64,000 bases of DNA from a virus, in the IMG/VR virus record IMGVR_UViG_3300011113_000202, positions 6,057 to 70,056 of that record; one strand, 5' to 3'. Numbering within the stretch: position 1 is the stretch's first letter; every line of letters begins with the position of its first letter. The position numbers and the translations under genes were made by a program. The notes below the pieces were generated by a model, which saw nothing but the letters and a program-made list of their open reading frames with translations, ran no database searches and was not told the DNA's origin. This document shows positions 49,364 through 59,561 of the stretch, in pieces.

Positions 49364-49860
49364 TGCAAACATTTCTTCCACACTCTACATTTGATAAATG
49401 TGCTCAGGCATTAGATAACAAAAGACTTAACAAACAAATCTTAGAAGGCTATCAAATATTAAATGTTAATTCTGGTATGTCAAAAACTGGGGGTTGGCGT
49501 AATCATCCTGCAGTTCTTATGTGGAAAGGTCATGAAGGTAGCCTTCTTCAATACATTCAAGAAATGATAACAGAAGCAAAAGTGCGTGGTATTAATACAG
49601 AAGGTAATGAAAATAATATTAAAGCATTATTTGAAAAAGTTGGAGATTCTTGGAACTATAGCATTCCAACATGGATGAATGACAACATAAAGTTGATGCG
49701 TGTAATTACTACTCATAGATATAATCTATTCAAAAAAGATCCTTTATATTATGCTAGATATCAGATTGCTATGAATAGTCCTTATAACATACCCTGCTGT
49801 CCTGAGCGTAAAACACCATGTCAATACTACTGGGTAACACACGAAAGTAGAGTACAATAG
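49363..49860 (+). CDS. MSMEG_6728-like / pyrimidine-dimer glycosylase-fold protein
   Basis: MQTFLP..LDNKRLNKQILEGYQIL..GWRNHPAVLMWKGHE. Confidence 0.8.
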   Translation: MQTFLPHSTFDKCAQALDNKRLNKQILEGYQILNVNSGMSKTGGWRNHPAVLMWKGHEGSLLQYIQEMITEAKVRGINTEGNENNIKALFEKVGDSWNYSIPTWMNDNIKLMRVITTHRYNLFKKDPLYYARYQIAMNSPYNIPCCPERKTPCQYYWVTHESRVQ

Positions 49861-49864
49861 GTAT

Positions 49865-50296
49865 ATGGACATGCTAACATTAATTCTTGGAATCTTTTCA
49901 ATCTCTTTTGCTTGTGCCTATGCTTTGTCAGTTTACAGGTCAAAAAAACTAACAGAGGCATTTGCACAACTTTTAATTTCTCAAGCCCAATTAGAGCAGG
50001 CACAAGAAAACTTTTTTAAAACAACAGCAGCAATAAATGATTCTGATGTTCACACTCAAAATTTTATAAAATTTTTATCTGATTCTCGTGATTGGGCATT
50101 TCAGTATATAGAAGAAGTACAAAGTGGTCTACAAAAATTTGTTGAAGAGGTAGAGCCACAGATTAACCATTACAATAAGTATGGTGCTGCAATAGAAGGA
50201 ACTATGCCACCATATGATATCGCTTTGAAAAAGATTTCAAAGGAGATGGAAGATCTTAAAAAGTTTCTTCCAGAAGAAACAATTGATAGACGCTAG
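49865..50296 (+). CDS. Membrane-anchored hypothetical protein
   Basis: N-terminal TM; FIKFLSDSRDWAFQYIE; TACAAT 6 nt before ATG. Confidence 0.6.
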   Translation: MDMLTLILGIFSISFACAYALSVYRSKKLTEAFAQLLISQAQLEQAQENFFKTTAAINDSDVHTQNFIKFLSDSRDWAFQYIEEVQSGLQKFVEEVEPQINHYNKYGAAIEGTMPPYDIALKKISKEMEDLKKFLPEETIDRR

Positions 50297-50477
50297 AGGT
50301 ATTCCAACTTGCAGGTGCCCGAATTGTGGAGACACATTATTTAGAGCGCTTGTTTCTTTTGATCCAGAAACTTATACAATAGGTATGTATCATCTTGACA
50401 TTCAATGCAATAACTGTGGCGCTCTTGCTACCGCACCAACACCATTAGATAATCCAGAGGATAACAATGAAAGATAA
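50283..50477 (+). CDS. Zinc-ribbon protein
   Basis: CPNCG..CNNCG. Confidence 0.6.
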   Translation: MIDARGIPTCRCPNCGDTLFRALVSFDPETYTIGMYHLDIQCNNCGALATAPTPLDNPEDNNER

Positions 50478-51186
50478 AAAAGTATTTTTTATACCAAAAA
50501 GTGAAGAAGTTTTTGATTGTATAAAACATCCACAACCAGCAAAAAGATATATTCCAGACTGGTTTAAACAGATGCCGCAATATCTTTTAGATGTTGATGG
50601 AAATAAACGTGATGGAACAGCAAAAATTTGTCCTCCATTTACTGATTCATTTTTAATGGGTTACATACAAGAACTTCCATGCGATATTTTAATTAATTAT
50701 AATGGTTATGATGAAAAAAATAAAATGGATTTAATAGAATATGAATGGTCTGGAGATTTTAGACCATTATCTACAAGACTAGAAGAATCTAGATCAAGCA
50801 GAGTCTTGCCAGATTTTAATGGATATTATAAAACAGAATTTCACTGGAATACTCTTTGGGAACCAGAAACTCCAGTAGGATATAGTACTCTTTATATGCA
50901 TCCATTAAACAGATATGATTTGCCATTTTTAACACTTAATGGAGTTATAGATACTGATAAATGGAGTGTTAGTGGGGCACTTCCATTTTTACTTAAACAT
51001 GGCTTTCAAGGAATAATTCCTGCTGGAACACCTATTTATCAAACAATTTTTATTAAAAGAGAGTCTTGGTCTTCAAATGCAAAAGAATATGATAAAAGAA
51101 AACAGTCTAATATGGGGTATAGTGTAAAAAAATTTTTTACAGGCGGGTATAAAAAACAATATTGGTCAAAAAAAGAATATAAGTAG
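50467..51186 (+). CDS. Hypothetical beta-rich protein
   Basis: PQPAKRYIPDWFK..KICPPFTD..GVIDTD..IPAGTPIYQ. Confidence 0.6.
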   Translation: MKDKKVFFIPKSEEVFDCIKHPQPAKRYIPDWFKQMPQYLLDVDGNKRDGTAKICPPFTDSFLMGYIQELPCDILINYNGYDEKNKMDLIEYEWSGDFRPLSTRLEESRSSRVLPDFNGYYKTEFHWNTLWEPETPVGYSTLYMHPLNRYDLPFLTLNGVIDTDKWSVSGALPFLLKHGFQGIIPAGTPIYQTIFIKRESWSSNAKEYDKRKQSNMGYSVKKFFTGGYKKQYWSKKEYK

Positions 51187-51187
51187 T

Positions 51188-51355
51188 ATGATTAAATATA
51201 AATTAAAACGAGCAGAAGAGGTTTTTGCATACGATTACCCAGTATGCGAGATAAAAGATTGCACAGAAGAAAGTGAAAAACTTGCAATGACAGAAACAAG
51301 AATGGTTGATTTTTGTAAAAAACATCACGAAGAATATATATTGGGGGAACTATGA
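51188..51355 (+). CDS. Small Cys/His protein (55 aa, not in ORF track)
   Basis: CEIKDC..FCKKHH; ATGA overlap. Confidence 0.55.
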   Translation: MIKYKLKRAEEVFAYDYPVCEIKDCTEESEKLAMTETRMVDFCKKHHEEYILGEL

Positions 51356-51510
51356 GAGAAATATTTTTATCAATACTAACAGGTTTTGGGTGTGGCGTAG
51401 CATTTGCCGCATTCAAATTGCCAGTTCCAGCCCCGCCAGTTTTTTCTGGCGTTGCAGGAATAATTGGGCTTTGGGCTGGCTATGCTATACTAGTTAAAGT
51501 TATATCCTAG
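51352..51510 (+). CDS. XapX/DUF1427-like membrane protein (52 aa, not in ORF track)
   Basis: GVAFAAFKLPVPAPPVFSGVAGIIGLWAGY. Confidence 0.75.
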   Translation: MREIFLSILTGFGCGVAFAAFKLPVPAPPVFSGVAGIIGLWAGYAILVKVIS

Positions 51511-51519
51511 GAGGAAATA

Positions 51520-51771
51520 ATGACACAAAAAGAAATTAAAGCAATGCTTGCATCTTATCTAAGATCAATCGTAGGTGCAACAGCAGCATTGTACGTCGCT
51601 GGAGTAACAGATCCAAAAGATCTATGGGCAGCACTTGTTGGTGCGCTTATCCCAGTAGCAGCACGTGCAGTAAATCCTAACGATCCAGCATTTGGACGTT
51701 TACCAGCAGCATCTGTTGTTGATTCGGCTTTGAAAAAGGCTAAGTCAAAAAAGTCTAAAAACGCAGAGTAA
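51520..51771 (+). CDS. Putative holin
   Basis: LASYLRSIVGA..ALVGALIPVAARAVNPNDPAFG; AGGAGG RBS. Confidence 0.6.
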   Translation: MTQKEIKAMLASYLRSIVGATAALYVAGVTDPKDLWAALVGALIPVAARAVNPNDPAFGRLPAASVVDSALKKAKSKKSKNAE

Positions 51772-51789
51772 TTAACTATTCTGTTATAG

Positions 51790-51819
51790 AAGGCGGGCTT
51801 AGAAATAGGCCCGCTTTTT
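51790..51819. terminator. Terminator between convergent blocks
   Basis: GCGGGCTTA/TAGGCCCGC stem followed by TTTTT. Confidence 0.75.
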
Positions 51820-52867
51820 ATTTTAATGAATCAAATAATTCAATATATTTATCTTTTAATACTTCTGGAGAAAAGGATCCCACTCCAATATCAAGCGCTT
51901 GCTCTTTAAGTTTTATCTTATCTTTCTTTTTCATATTAATAAAATTATCAATTAACTTTGCTAATTGTTTTGGATCACCTTCATAAACATCTATAATAGA
52001 TTTAGCCCTAAACTCACCTATTTTTTCAGCATCTACTAGCCATTCTTTTGGAAGTATTTGATTGTTTGGTGATAAGTCTGTCATAAAAACGGGAAGTCCA
52101 CTTATAAGAGCCTCATTCATAGGCAAACATAGTCCAGCATACCTTCTTGGTAAAACCATTGCATCAAATCCATAATATAGATCTTGCCTATCTTTTAAAT
52201 TTTGATATAAAAATGATACTCTTGGATCTTTTGGTCTTCCCTCAAATTCTGTTTGAGAGGTTATCACTAAGTTATAATCTTCTTGAGAATACTTAAGCAT
52301 TTCAAGAACCGTATCTGTTCCATTTCTATCTCTTGCTGCTTTTTTACCAGCAACATGCAAAATACGATTGTGCATTTTTGCCATGTTTTCATTTCTAGCA
52401 CGATCAAATAGTTTTATGTCTGTAGGCGGGGGTAGATGAATAAGCCTTGCCTGATCTCCAAACATGGTCTGCATTTTATTAAAATTCCATAGGCTAGGGG
52501 CTAACAATACATCTGGTAAAGACTCGCTTTTATGTTCCATATTAACTAAGAATTCATAGTTATATTGAAGAACTGTTTTAACTCCCATATCTCTTGCTAT
52601 ATCAACAAACATAGAAGAGTAAAAAGTTTCACAAGATAATACAACATCTAGGTCTTTAAGAAAGGATATTATTTCTCCACGTTTTGGAAAACCAAATCTT
52701 GTCACTGTATTATCGTAGTTTTCATACCACTCAAAATGTTGTTTATTTTTATTAAATTTTGTTGAGTCTATTATGAGAACCTTTCTAGGCTTGAGCATTT
52801 TTACAAGTTCTCTAGTTTGATTGCCTAAGCCTGTATTGTCGCATCGTACGATTATGCCAAGTCTCAT
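51818..52867 (-). CDS. Glycosyltransferase (GT-B)
   Basis: DNTGLGNQ..PRRYAGLCLPMNEALISGLPV. Confidence 0.8.
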   Translation of the reverse strand: MRLGIIVRCDNTGLGNQTRELVKMLKPRKVLIIDSTKFNKNKQHFEWYENYDNTVTRFGFPKRGEIISFLKDLDVVLSCETFYSSMFVDIARDMGVKTVLQYNYEFLVNMEHKSESLPDVLLAPSLWNFNKMQTMFGDQARLIHLPPPTDIKLFDRARNENMAKMHNRILHVAGKKAARDRNGTDTVLEMLKYSQEDYNLVITSQTEFEGRPKDPRVSFLYQNLKDRQDLYYGFDAMVLPRRYAGLCLPMNEALISGLPVFMTDLSPNNQILPKEWLVDAEKIGEFRAKSIIDVYEGDPKQLAKLIDNFINMKKKDKIKLKEQALDIGVGSFSPEVLKDKYIELFDSLK

Positions 52868-53625
52868 TCTTTATATCCCCAAACTAAATCATCGGTTGTA
52901 AACTTTTTTGTTCCCTCACGACCATCTAAATGATATGATCTTTTTATGTTTCCTTCAGGATGATAAATCCACAACTTATGAGTGTTCCATCCATCTTCAT
53001 TAAAGTAGCCATAAGGCAGCATGTCATCTTGAACCTTTCCGTGAAAAGTATCTTCTATAAAAAACTTATCTTTACAACTTGGTAATACAATATTTTTATA
53101 ATAATTTACTCTTGTCAGATGTGGTCTTTGACTCCATTGAGATGTTTTCATAAAACCATTCTCAAGCCCAAGCATCAAATGTTTATGAGGCTCAGGTATG
53201 GATGCTTCAAAATGAAAACGAATTGTGTTAGCCTTTTCATATTCAAACATATCTAAACACTTTGACCAGTCTATGTCAACATCTGGTGTTAATGGGGCAT
53301 CTGCTTCAACATAAAGCATTAAAGGTGTTTTAATTTCATTAATAGTTTCACGCATCATATTTGTTTGATGGCTGTGTTGTTCAAATATAAATGGTATTAC
53401 ATTTTTATATTCATGCAAACATTTCCAAAGTATGCGATTTTTGTACTCATCGTAATCATTTTTTCTATTTTTTTGTTCTTTTCGCAATCCATCTATCTGC
53501 ATAATTATTTCATTATTTGGAAAATGAACTCTAATAGAACTAATAGTCTCATCTATAATGTTTGTGTTTGGGTGGCTTGCTAAAACAGAACTAGCAATAA
53601 CTATTGTGACATTATCTTTATGCAT
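52864..53625 (-). CDS. Putative glycosyltransferase (GT-A-like)
   Basis: VTIVI..IDETISSI..MLYVEAD; cluster context. Confidence 0.6.
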   Translation of the reverse strand: MHKDNVTIVIASSVLASHPNTNIIDETISSIRVHFPNNEIIMQIDGLRKEQKNRKNDYDEYKNRILWKCLHEYKNVIPFIFEQHSHQTNMMRETINEIKTPLMLYVEADAPLTPDVDIDWSKCLDMFEYEKANTIRFHFEASIPEPHKHLMLGLENGFMKTSQWSQRPHLTRVNYYKNIVLPSCKDKFFIEDTFHGKVQDDMLPYGYFNEDGWNTHKLWIYHPEGNIKRSYHLDGREGTKKFTTDDLVWGYKE

Positions 53626-54466
53626 TTACTTGCTCCATAATCTTTATACCTAAATCTCTCTTATATTTAATCCACCAAGCAACAACCTTGTGCATATTTT
53701 CTGGGTATTGACTCAATAACTCAGGAGCCAAGTTGTGTAACTCAAACCAGTTAGAGACATGGGTAACAGGAATATGATACCCAAATAAATAATTATAAAA
53801 ATCTAAACTGTTACCGTTTGGATCTATCCTATCAAAAATAGGAAGACATAGCATTTCTATAGCCTCATAAAACCTAAAGGAGTCTATCACTACAGCCCCA
53901 GAGGGCACAGGAGCAACCTTGGCACTGGCTAGAGTTCTGTAGTAGTCTATTGGTTTATCTCCCTGTGCAAAGCCTGCTGTGGGCTTAAAAAGGGCATTTG
54001 GCATAGTTTGTATAGCCTTAGCCAACTGCTGTCTTCTTGAGTGAGTTATCTGACCACCAAAATATAAATCATTATCCTTAGAAGGATATTCAGGAACGAA
54101 CCTTTTTAGATGTTGGGGCACACCTATCGGTAATTTATTATAGTTCTTATGTTTTTCATGAGGGTACTGAATCCATATCTCAGCATTGGGATGATTAATC
54201 TTAGTTATATCAAACTTACCTTCTTCATCCCCCGTAATAAATAAAACAACTCTTGAAAGGTTTTGTATTTGAGCATTAATATCTTCTTCATGACCAAGGT
54301 TTTGAGGTCCAGGAACTACAACAAATCCACGATCAGTATTAGGAATAGAAGTTACCTTTACTTGATCCACGTCGTATTTATCAAATATTTCTTTAAGAAG
54401 ACCATAGTCCCACTTATCAGCAGCACAGTCTTCTTGTTTAACTGAGTAGAGATATGCGTTAGTCAT
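53618..54466 (-). CDS. Exostosin/GT47-like glycosyltransferase
   Basis: LYFGGQ..RRQQL..PSG..DSFRFYEAIEMLCLPI. Confidence 0.7.
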   Translation of the reverse strand: MTNAYLYSVKQEDCAADKWDYGLLKEIFDKYDVDQVKVTSIPNTDRGFVVVPGPQNLGHEEDINAQIQNLSRVVLFITGDEEGKFDITKINHPNAEIWIQYPHEKHKNYNKLPIGVPQHLKRFVPEYPSKDNDLYFGGQITHSRRQQLAKAIQTMPNALFKPTAGFAQGDKPIDYYRTLASAKVAPVPSGAVVIDSFRFYEAIEMLCLPIFDRIDPNGNSLDFYNYLFGYHIPVTHVSNWFELHNLAPELLSQYPENMHKVVAWWIKYKRDLGIKIMEQVNA

Positions 54467-55080
54467 GTTAAAATTTTCCATAATTTTTCTTCTACAATAA
54501 GTTTACCAATTAAATCTTCGTCTATGTAAGATGGATCATGTACATATGCTATCTGTGAGTTATACTTTTTGATTGCCTCAATTTTATGCTTTGTAAAATT
54601 AATTGAAATGTTTTTTAAAGTATAGACTGACTCAAACTGTTTTAATCTTTCTTTATGTAACTTTGGATGCGACATCCTATATGGCAATTCAGCATATACA
54701 AAATATGTTTTATTAAAATTTTTCATTAAATTAAAGAGATTATCTGATAACAAAACATGGTCTGGATGATAAATACCCAATGGAATATATATATTATCAA
54801 AATTTACAATTATACTTTTTATCCAATCAATTAAAATATCTTCATCTTGTTTTCCATAAACATCATCTAGTAAATCTCCATTAATAACTTTAGCATTTAT
54901 CATAGAACAGGCTTCCTCATGTTCTTTTCTTAATCTAATATGCTTTTTGTATCCTGCCCAATCTTTTGGTATACCAGCAAATGCAGATGCAATAGTAAAC
55001 TCATTATTATTATCAATAATATGATCACCTAAAGAAAAAATTGCATCATCTGTATGTGGACAAAATATAAGACTACTCAT
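54463..55080 (-). CDS. PIG-L/LmbE-family deacetylase
   Basis: PHTDDA..R.KE..HPDH..K..AIKKYNSQ. Confidence 0.85.
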   Translation of the reverse strand: MSSLIFCPHTDDAIFSLGDHIIDNNNEFTIASAFAGIPKDWAGYKKHIRLRKEHEEACSMINAKVINGDLLDDVYGKQDEDILIDWIKSIIVNFDNIYIPLGIYHPDHVLLSDNLFNLMKNFNKTYFVYAELPYRMSHPKLHKERLKQFESVYTLKNISINFTKHKIEAIKKYNSQIAYVHDPSYIDEDLIGKLIVEEKLWKILT

Positions 55081-55783
55081 AGAATAAGTGCACCTCATGC
55101 TGATAATCTAAAATAGTTTCTTTATATCCTAATTTTTTTATCCATTGTCTAAGATCATATAAAAATTCATTCCATTGTTGTAGCATAAATTCAGGGTGTC
55201 CAGATAGCCAAATCTTTGGTTTATACTGTTTAAGCACCTTCTCAGCCCCCTCTAATACTCTCCATTCGCTACCCTCTACGTCTAATGAAATGGCGGTAGG
55301 TGGCTTAATACCATGATCATATACACAAGAGTCTATAGTTATTTGACCATATAAATCACCTTCAAGGTATAACTCTTTAAAGCCATGTGCGATATCAACA
55401 TAATCTATCTCTGCTTCTGGAGGAAATTTCTTATAATATATTTTTGCAAGATTATTTATTTTATTAGAAGCAAATGCAGCAATACAAGCCATTGGAAGTT
55501 CTAAATTATTAGAAGACCAAGTTAGTGGAAAATGTGACCATACTTTAGGGTTTGGTTCAAACAAAACAACTTCTGCCCCCCACATTTGGCATAAGGCTGG
55601 GAACTCTCCCTCTTCTGCACCAACATAATAAACAACATCTCCTTTACCAATGTGTTCATTCATTGATTTAAGTCTTAGTTTTTCCCAACCCTTTTCTGAA
55701 TGCCACTCTGGTCTATCTGCACGATGTTTTGGAAGCACAATTTCAAACTCTCCATTTAAAATTGTTTTAATCATCTCTGTCAT
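55073..55783 (-). CDS. FkbM-family methyltransferase
   Basis: YVGAEEG..FEPNP..LDVEGSEWRVLEG. Confidence 0.8.
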   Translation of the reverse strand: MTEMIKTILNGEFEIVLPKHRADRPEWHSEKGWEKLRLKSMNEHIGKGDVVYYVGAEEGEFPALCQMWGAEVVLFEPNPKVWSHFPLTWSSNNLELPMACIAAFASNKINNLAKIYYKKFPPEAEIDYVDIAHGFKELYLEGDLYGQITIDSCVYDHGIKPPTAISLDVEGSEWRVLEGAEKVLKQYKPKIWLSGHPEFMLQQWNEFLYDLRQWIKKLGYKETILDYQHEVHLFYE

Positions 55784-56289
55784 TTCATTGCCTCCATAAA
55801 ATAGAATTCATGTTCCCGTGTATCAAGTTCATAAATTTTGTTGTTTGATAGTGCACTTTCTTTATAGTTTACTTTTGTTATATTTTTAAATCCACTATCA
55901 TGTAACTTATATTTTAATGCTTTATGTGTTAATAAAGATGTTGATGTTGAGTACCAAGTTAGCCAAGAAGAAAAACGTATGTCTATATTGTCTTCAGAGT
56001 TAGGAAAAAAGTTAATATTATTATTTTTATATGCATCAAATCCAGAAACAATATCTGGCAAACTAATTCTAACCACACCACCAGGCTTTAACACACGATT
56101 AAATTCTAGTAAGGCTGCATTAATTTTATGATAGGGTATTGAACAAATTGTTGCATGAGAAACTAAAATATCACAGGAGTTGTCTGGAATTAAGTGTAAA
56201 TTTTTGTGCTCCGTTTTATACTCAGGATCAATATCTATGTTTATCCAGTCAGCAGGCTGTATGCTTCCACATCCAAAATTTATTTTCAT
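55780..56289 (-). CDS. SAM-dependent methyltransferase
   Basis: NFGCG..WINID..RVLKPGG. Confidence 0.85.
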   Translation of the reverse strand: MKINFGCGSIQPADWINIDIDPEYKTEHKNLHLIPDNSCDILVSHATICSIPYHKINAALLEFNRVLKPGGVVRISLPDIVSGFDAYKNNNINFFPNSEDNIDIRFSSWLTWYSTSTSLLTHKALKYKLHDSGFKNITKVNYKESALSNNKIYELDTREHEFYFMEAMK

Positions 56290-57170
56290 TGTTGTATCCA
56301 ATCCATTATAGATATCTTTGGAGTCCATCCAGTTAATTCTTTAAACTTTGCGTTTGATGCAAGAGTTTCTTGAACTTCTCCAACTCTTGGCGGTATAAAC
56401 TTAATATCATTTGAAATCATATTAGCGATATCAAGTATAGAATAGTTACTTCCATACCCAATATTATACACCTCACCAAACCCATTTTTAACTTCAGACG
56501 CAAGTATGTTTGCTTGAACTACATCTGATATGTGCGTAAAGTCTCTACGCTGAGATCCATCTCCAACTACTGTTAGTGGCTTTCCTTCTTCATGCTGTTT
56601 TAAAAATAAACCTATAACTGGTGCATATTGACCTTTTAATGGCTGTCTATCTCCATATACGTTAAAGTATCTAAGGGAAACAGTCTCTAGTCCATATAGA
56701 TTATAGTAGACTCTTGCAAGGTTTTCACCAAAAACTTTAGCAGTAGAGTATGGTGTTAGTGGGTCAGAAGGCTGTGTCTCTATGTTTGGAAGAATTGCCT
56801 TCTTGCCATATGCAGAGGATGTACTTGAATAAATAAATCTTTTTACTTTATTAATTCTAGATAACTCAATAACATTTGCAGTACCAACTGCGTTTGATTC
56901 AATAGACTTTCTTGGATTTAATATTGCAGGCTGTATTCTTGCATCTGACGCAATGTGAAAAACATAGTCAATACCATTAAATAGTGGAGCAATCTTATCG
57001 TAATCACAAATATCATACTTGTAGTTGTTTGCTTTTGGGTTCCAATAAAACTGATCATGGCACTCTGCTGACTCATTATCTATACAAATAACTTTATGAT
57101 CAAGTTCAATTAACTTATCAACAAGGTTTGAACCAATAAATCCAGCACCACCTGTTACCAAAGAGTTCAT
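56286..57170 (-). CDS. NAD-dependent nucleotide-sugar epimerase/dehydratase
   Basis: GGAGFIG, SSTSSAYG, YSTAK, LRYFNVYG, GDGSQRRDF. Confidence 0.92.
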   Translation of the reverse strand: MNSLVTGGAGFIGSNLVDKLIELDHKVICIDNESAECHDQFYWNPKANNYKYDICDYDKIAPLFNGIDYVFHIASDARIQPAILNPRKSIESNAVGTANVIELSRINKVKRFIYSSTSSAYGKKAILPNIETQPSDPLTPYSTAKVFGENLARVYYNLYGLETVSLRYFNVYGDRQPLKGQYAPVIGLFLKQHEEGKPLTVVGDGSQRRDFTHISDVVQANILASEVKNGFGEVYNIGYGSNYSILDIANMISNDIKFIPPRVGEVQETLASNAKFKELTGWTPKISIMDWIQQ

Positions 57171-58123
57171 TTGATTCCAAGTTCTTCTAGAATTTCTGAC
57201 CATCTATTAAGATATGTGTGCTCGCTCTTTGTTCGTTCATGACCACGCTTTCTTATTGCTTCCCGCTCATCTCCATGCTCAAGATAGTAATCTATCTTTT
57301 GCTTAAGATCATCAAGGTTGCCATGTTCATACCAAACAATTTCATCTTCATTAAAGTATTTATCAAGTCCGACTATCTTAGGATAAATAGTAAAGCCACC
57401 ACGACCAGTACTTTCAAATAGCCTATCGCTTGTGTAATATGGATAGTTAAAGTTTAAATTTAATGTATCTCCAATAGCAATCTTGCTTTTTGCATAAATA
57501 CGATTTAATGCATCACCTCTGATTGTTCCTGTATCTCCATCTCCACCTACATGACAAAATCTATCTTTATATGTTTCTCTTAAAAAATCTATTAGTTGTG
57601 GTCTAAATGGATATTCGTGATGATATCTTTTGCTTCCCACGAAAATTACATCGTGTTCATAATATTTTTTATTGTAGTCTATATGTATATAACACTCTTT
57701 GTCGTATACTCCAGGTGGCATAAAGTGGCCTTTTACCTTTGTATTTTTATTAAACCAGTCAGCCATCAATTTGTCAACGGTAAAAAAATGTCCTATTGAT
57801 TTATAAAAACCATCATTTTCAAGATCCTTTTGCCTATTAATACCAAACCATAGGTCAAGATGATATGTCATTGTTGGTATGCCCTGCTTTTTTAGTTCAT
57901 GCAAAACATCAACCATGTCTATACTTCCTGGTGTCTGCCAGCCGTGTGTATGTACCCAAATAAATAAATCAGAATCAAGAGCCTCAGCATAAATTACTTT
58001 AGACTTTACCTTGCGCTCTTGTAGTTTTATTACTGTATGACCTAATGATTCAAGCGATGCCGCATGATGATTCTCGCTAGAGTAAGGAACCTCAAAGTTT
58101 CCTAAAAAAGTAATCCGTGCCAA
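57167..58123 (-). CDS. CgeB/YkvP-like glycosyltransferase
   Basis: DVIFVGS..SDRLFESTGRGG..EHTYLNRW; TTG start with GGAGG RBS. Confidence 0.8.
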   Translation of the reverse strand: MARITFLGNFEVPYSSENHHAASLESLGHTVIKLQERKVKSKVIYAEALDSDLFIWVHTHGWQTPGSIDMVDVLHELKKQGIPTMTYHLDLWFGINRQKDLENDGFYKSIGHFFTVDKLMADWFNKNTKVKGHFMPPGVYDKECYIHIDYNKKYYEHDVIFVGSKRYHHEYPFRPQLIDFLRETYKDRFCHVGGDGDTGTIRGDALNRIYAKSKIAIGDTLNLNFNYPYYTSDRLFESTGRGGFTIYPKIVGLDKYFNEDEIVWYEHGNLDDLKQKIDYYLEHGDEREAIRKRGHERTKSEHTYLNRWSEILEELGIK

Positions 58124-58144
58124 ATTGTACCTCCACTTCTAAAT

Positions 58145-58162
58145 ATTATATCATGCTATAAT
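58145..58162. promoter_or_regulatory. Back-to-back divergent extended -10 promoters
   Basis: ATTATA-TCATGC-TATAAT gives TGCTATAAT on + and TGATATAAT on -. Confidence 0.65.
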
Positions 58163-58179
58163 TGTTTAACGGGGTAAAA

Positions 58180-58872
58180 ATGAATTTTGTATATATATGT
58201 CGTGGTGGAGATAATGAAGAACTCAGATATTCTATCAGATCAGTTGTCAATAGTTTTCCAGATGCCAGTATCTGGGTTGTAGGCGGTATTCCAAGATGGT
58301 ACTCTGGTAATAAAATCTCAATAGAACAAAATGCTGGCAAATGGGTCAATGCTGTTAATAATTTAAATGCTATTACAGAGTCTGCTGACATACCAGAAGA
58401 GTTTGTTTTGATGAATGATGACTTTTTTATTACAAACAAAATAGATTCAATTAAACATTATCATGAAGGTTTATTACTTGACAAGATAGAAAAATATAAT
58501 GAACTTAAAATGGATCCAAACTACGTAAAAAAACTTGGCCATACCTATGCACGACTTCAAAGAATGGGTGTAGAAAATCCAGTTAGTTATGAAACCCACA
58601 CTCCTATGATTATGCTAAAGGAAAGGCTTGTAGAGGTTATGCAATACTGCCCTCCTAGTTTATGGAGATCTATGTATGGCAATGTCCACCATGTGGGCGG
58701 GGAACAAATAAAAGACGTAAAGGTATACTACCGTGATAGATTTGCAACCATATCTCATGACTATACAGCATCAGATTTGCCAGTATTATCAACAGATGAT
58801 GAATCTTTTGTTACTGTAAGGGATTTGTTTTTAAAGAAAAGGTTTGCAAAGAAAAGTAAATATGAGAAGTAA
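58180..58872 (+). CDS. Stealth-family-like sugar-phosphotransferase
   Basis: EELRYSIRSV..P.W..FVLMNDDFF..HTP. Confidence 0.7.
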   Translation: MNFVYICRGGDNEELRYSIRSVVNSFPDASIWVVGGIPRWYSGNKISIEQNAGKWVNAVNNLNAITESADIPEEFVLMNDDFFITNKIDSIKHYHEGLLLDKIEKYNELKMDPNYVKKLGHTYARLQRMGVENPVSYETHTPMIMLKERLVEVMQYCPPSLWRSMYGNVHHVGGEQIKDVKVYYRDRFATISHDYTASDLPVLSTDDESFVTVRDLFLKKRFAKKSKYEK

Positions 58873-58874
58873 TA

Positions 58875-59561
58875 CTATCTCATAAAATGGTAATCTCCAT
58901 CTGGGCCATTATCAGAAAACATCCCCATGTTTTTAAAGCCCTGAGAGGCAAGGTATTCAATAATAACTTCTTTCTCAGGAGATCCAATATTATATTCTAC
59001 ATCTCTTAGTTCTACTATAAGATGTTCGCAAGTTTTCAATGATTCAGTTGCACCCATAAGCACATCTAGTTCTGCACCTTGGACATCAATTTTAATTAAC
59101 TGTGGTTTGTTAAGCATTTTATATTCAACAAAATCATCAAGACTTACAGTAGTCATTTCTACTATGCTTTTTTCGTCAAACAAATACTCTGCTGCTGGAC
59201 TATATTTTGGATTTTCTCTATAGTATGAATTGCCAGCAAAATTGTCATTGTTCTGATAAAACTTTATATTTTTGCCAGACTCATTACTTAAAGCACCAAT
59301 ATTGTATTGCAGTCCACTTTCAATGTAAAGACTTTCAAATGCATCTGTTGCATCAAATAAAACTATTTCGCTTTCAGGCCAGATATCTTGCACCCTTTGT
59401 GTCCAATGCAAAACACACGCACCAATATCATAAATTACTTTTGGTTCAAAGTTAAAATCATATTTTAATTTAAGAAGATATTTAAAGTGTTTATCTGGCA
59501 GGTTTCTGTAATCGCTAACCTTTTTTATATTATTTAAAACATCTTGGCTATACTGTTTCAT
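58875..59561 (-). CDS. FkbM-family methyltransferase
   Basis: YDIGAC..LIKIDVQGAELDVLMG; start taken at MKQYSQ. Confidence 0.85.
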   Translation of the reverse strand: MKQYSQDVLNNIKKVSDYRNLPDKHFKYLLKLKYDFNFEPKVIYDIGACVLHWTQRVQDIWPESEIVLFDATDAFESLYIESGLQYNIGALSNESGKNIKFYQNNDNFAGNSYYRENPKYSPAAEYLFDEKSIVEMTTVSLDDFVEYKMLNKPQLIKIDVQGAELDVLMGATESLKTCEHLIVELRDVEYNIGSPEKEVIIEYLASQGFKNMGMFSDNGPDGDYHFMR

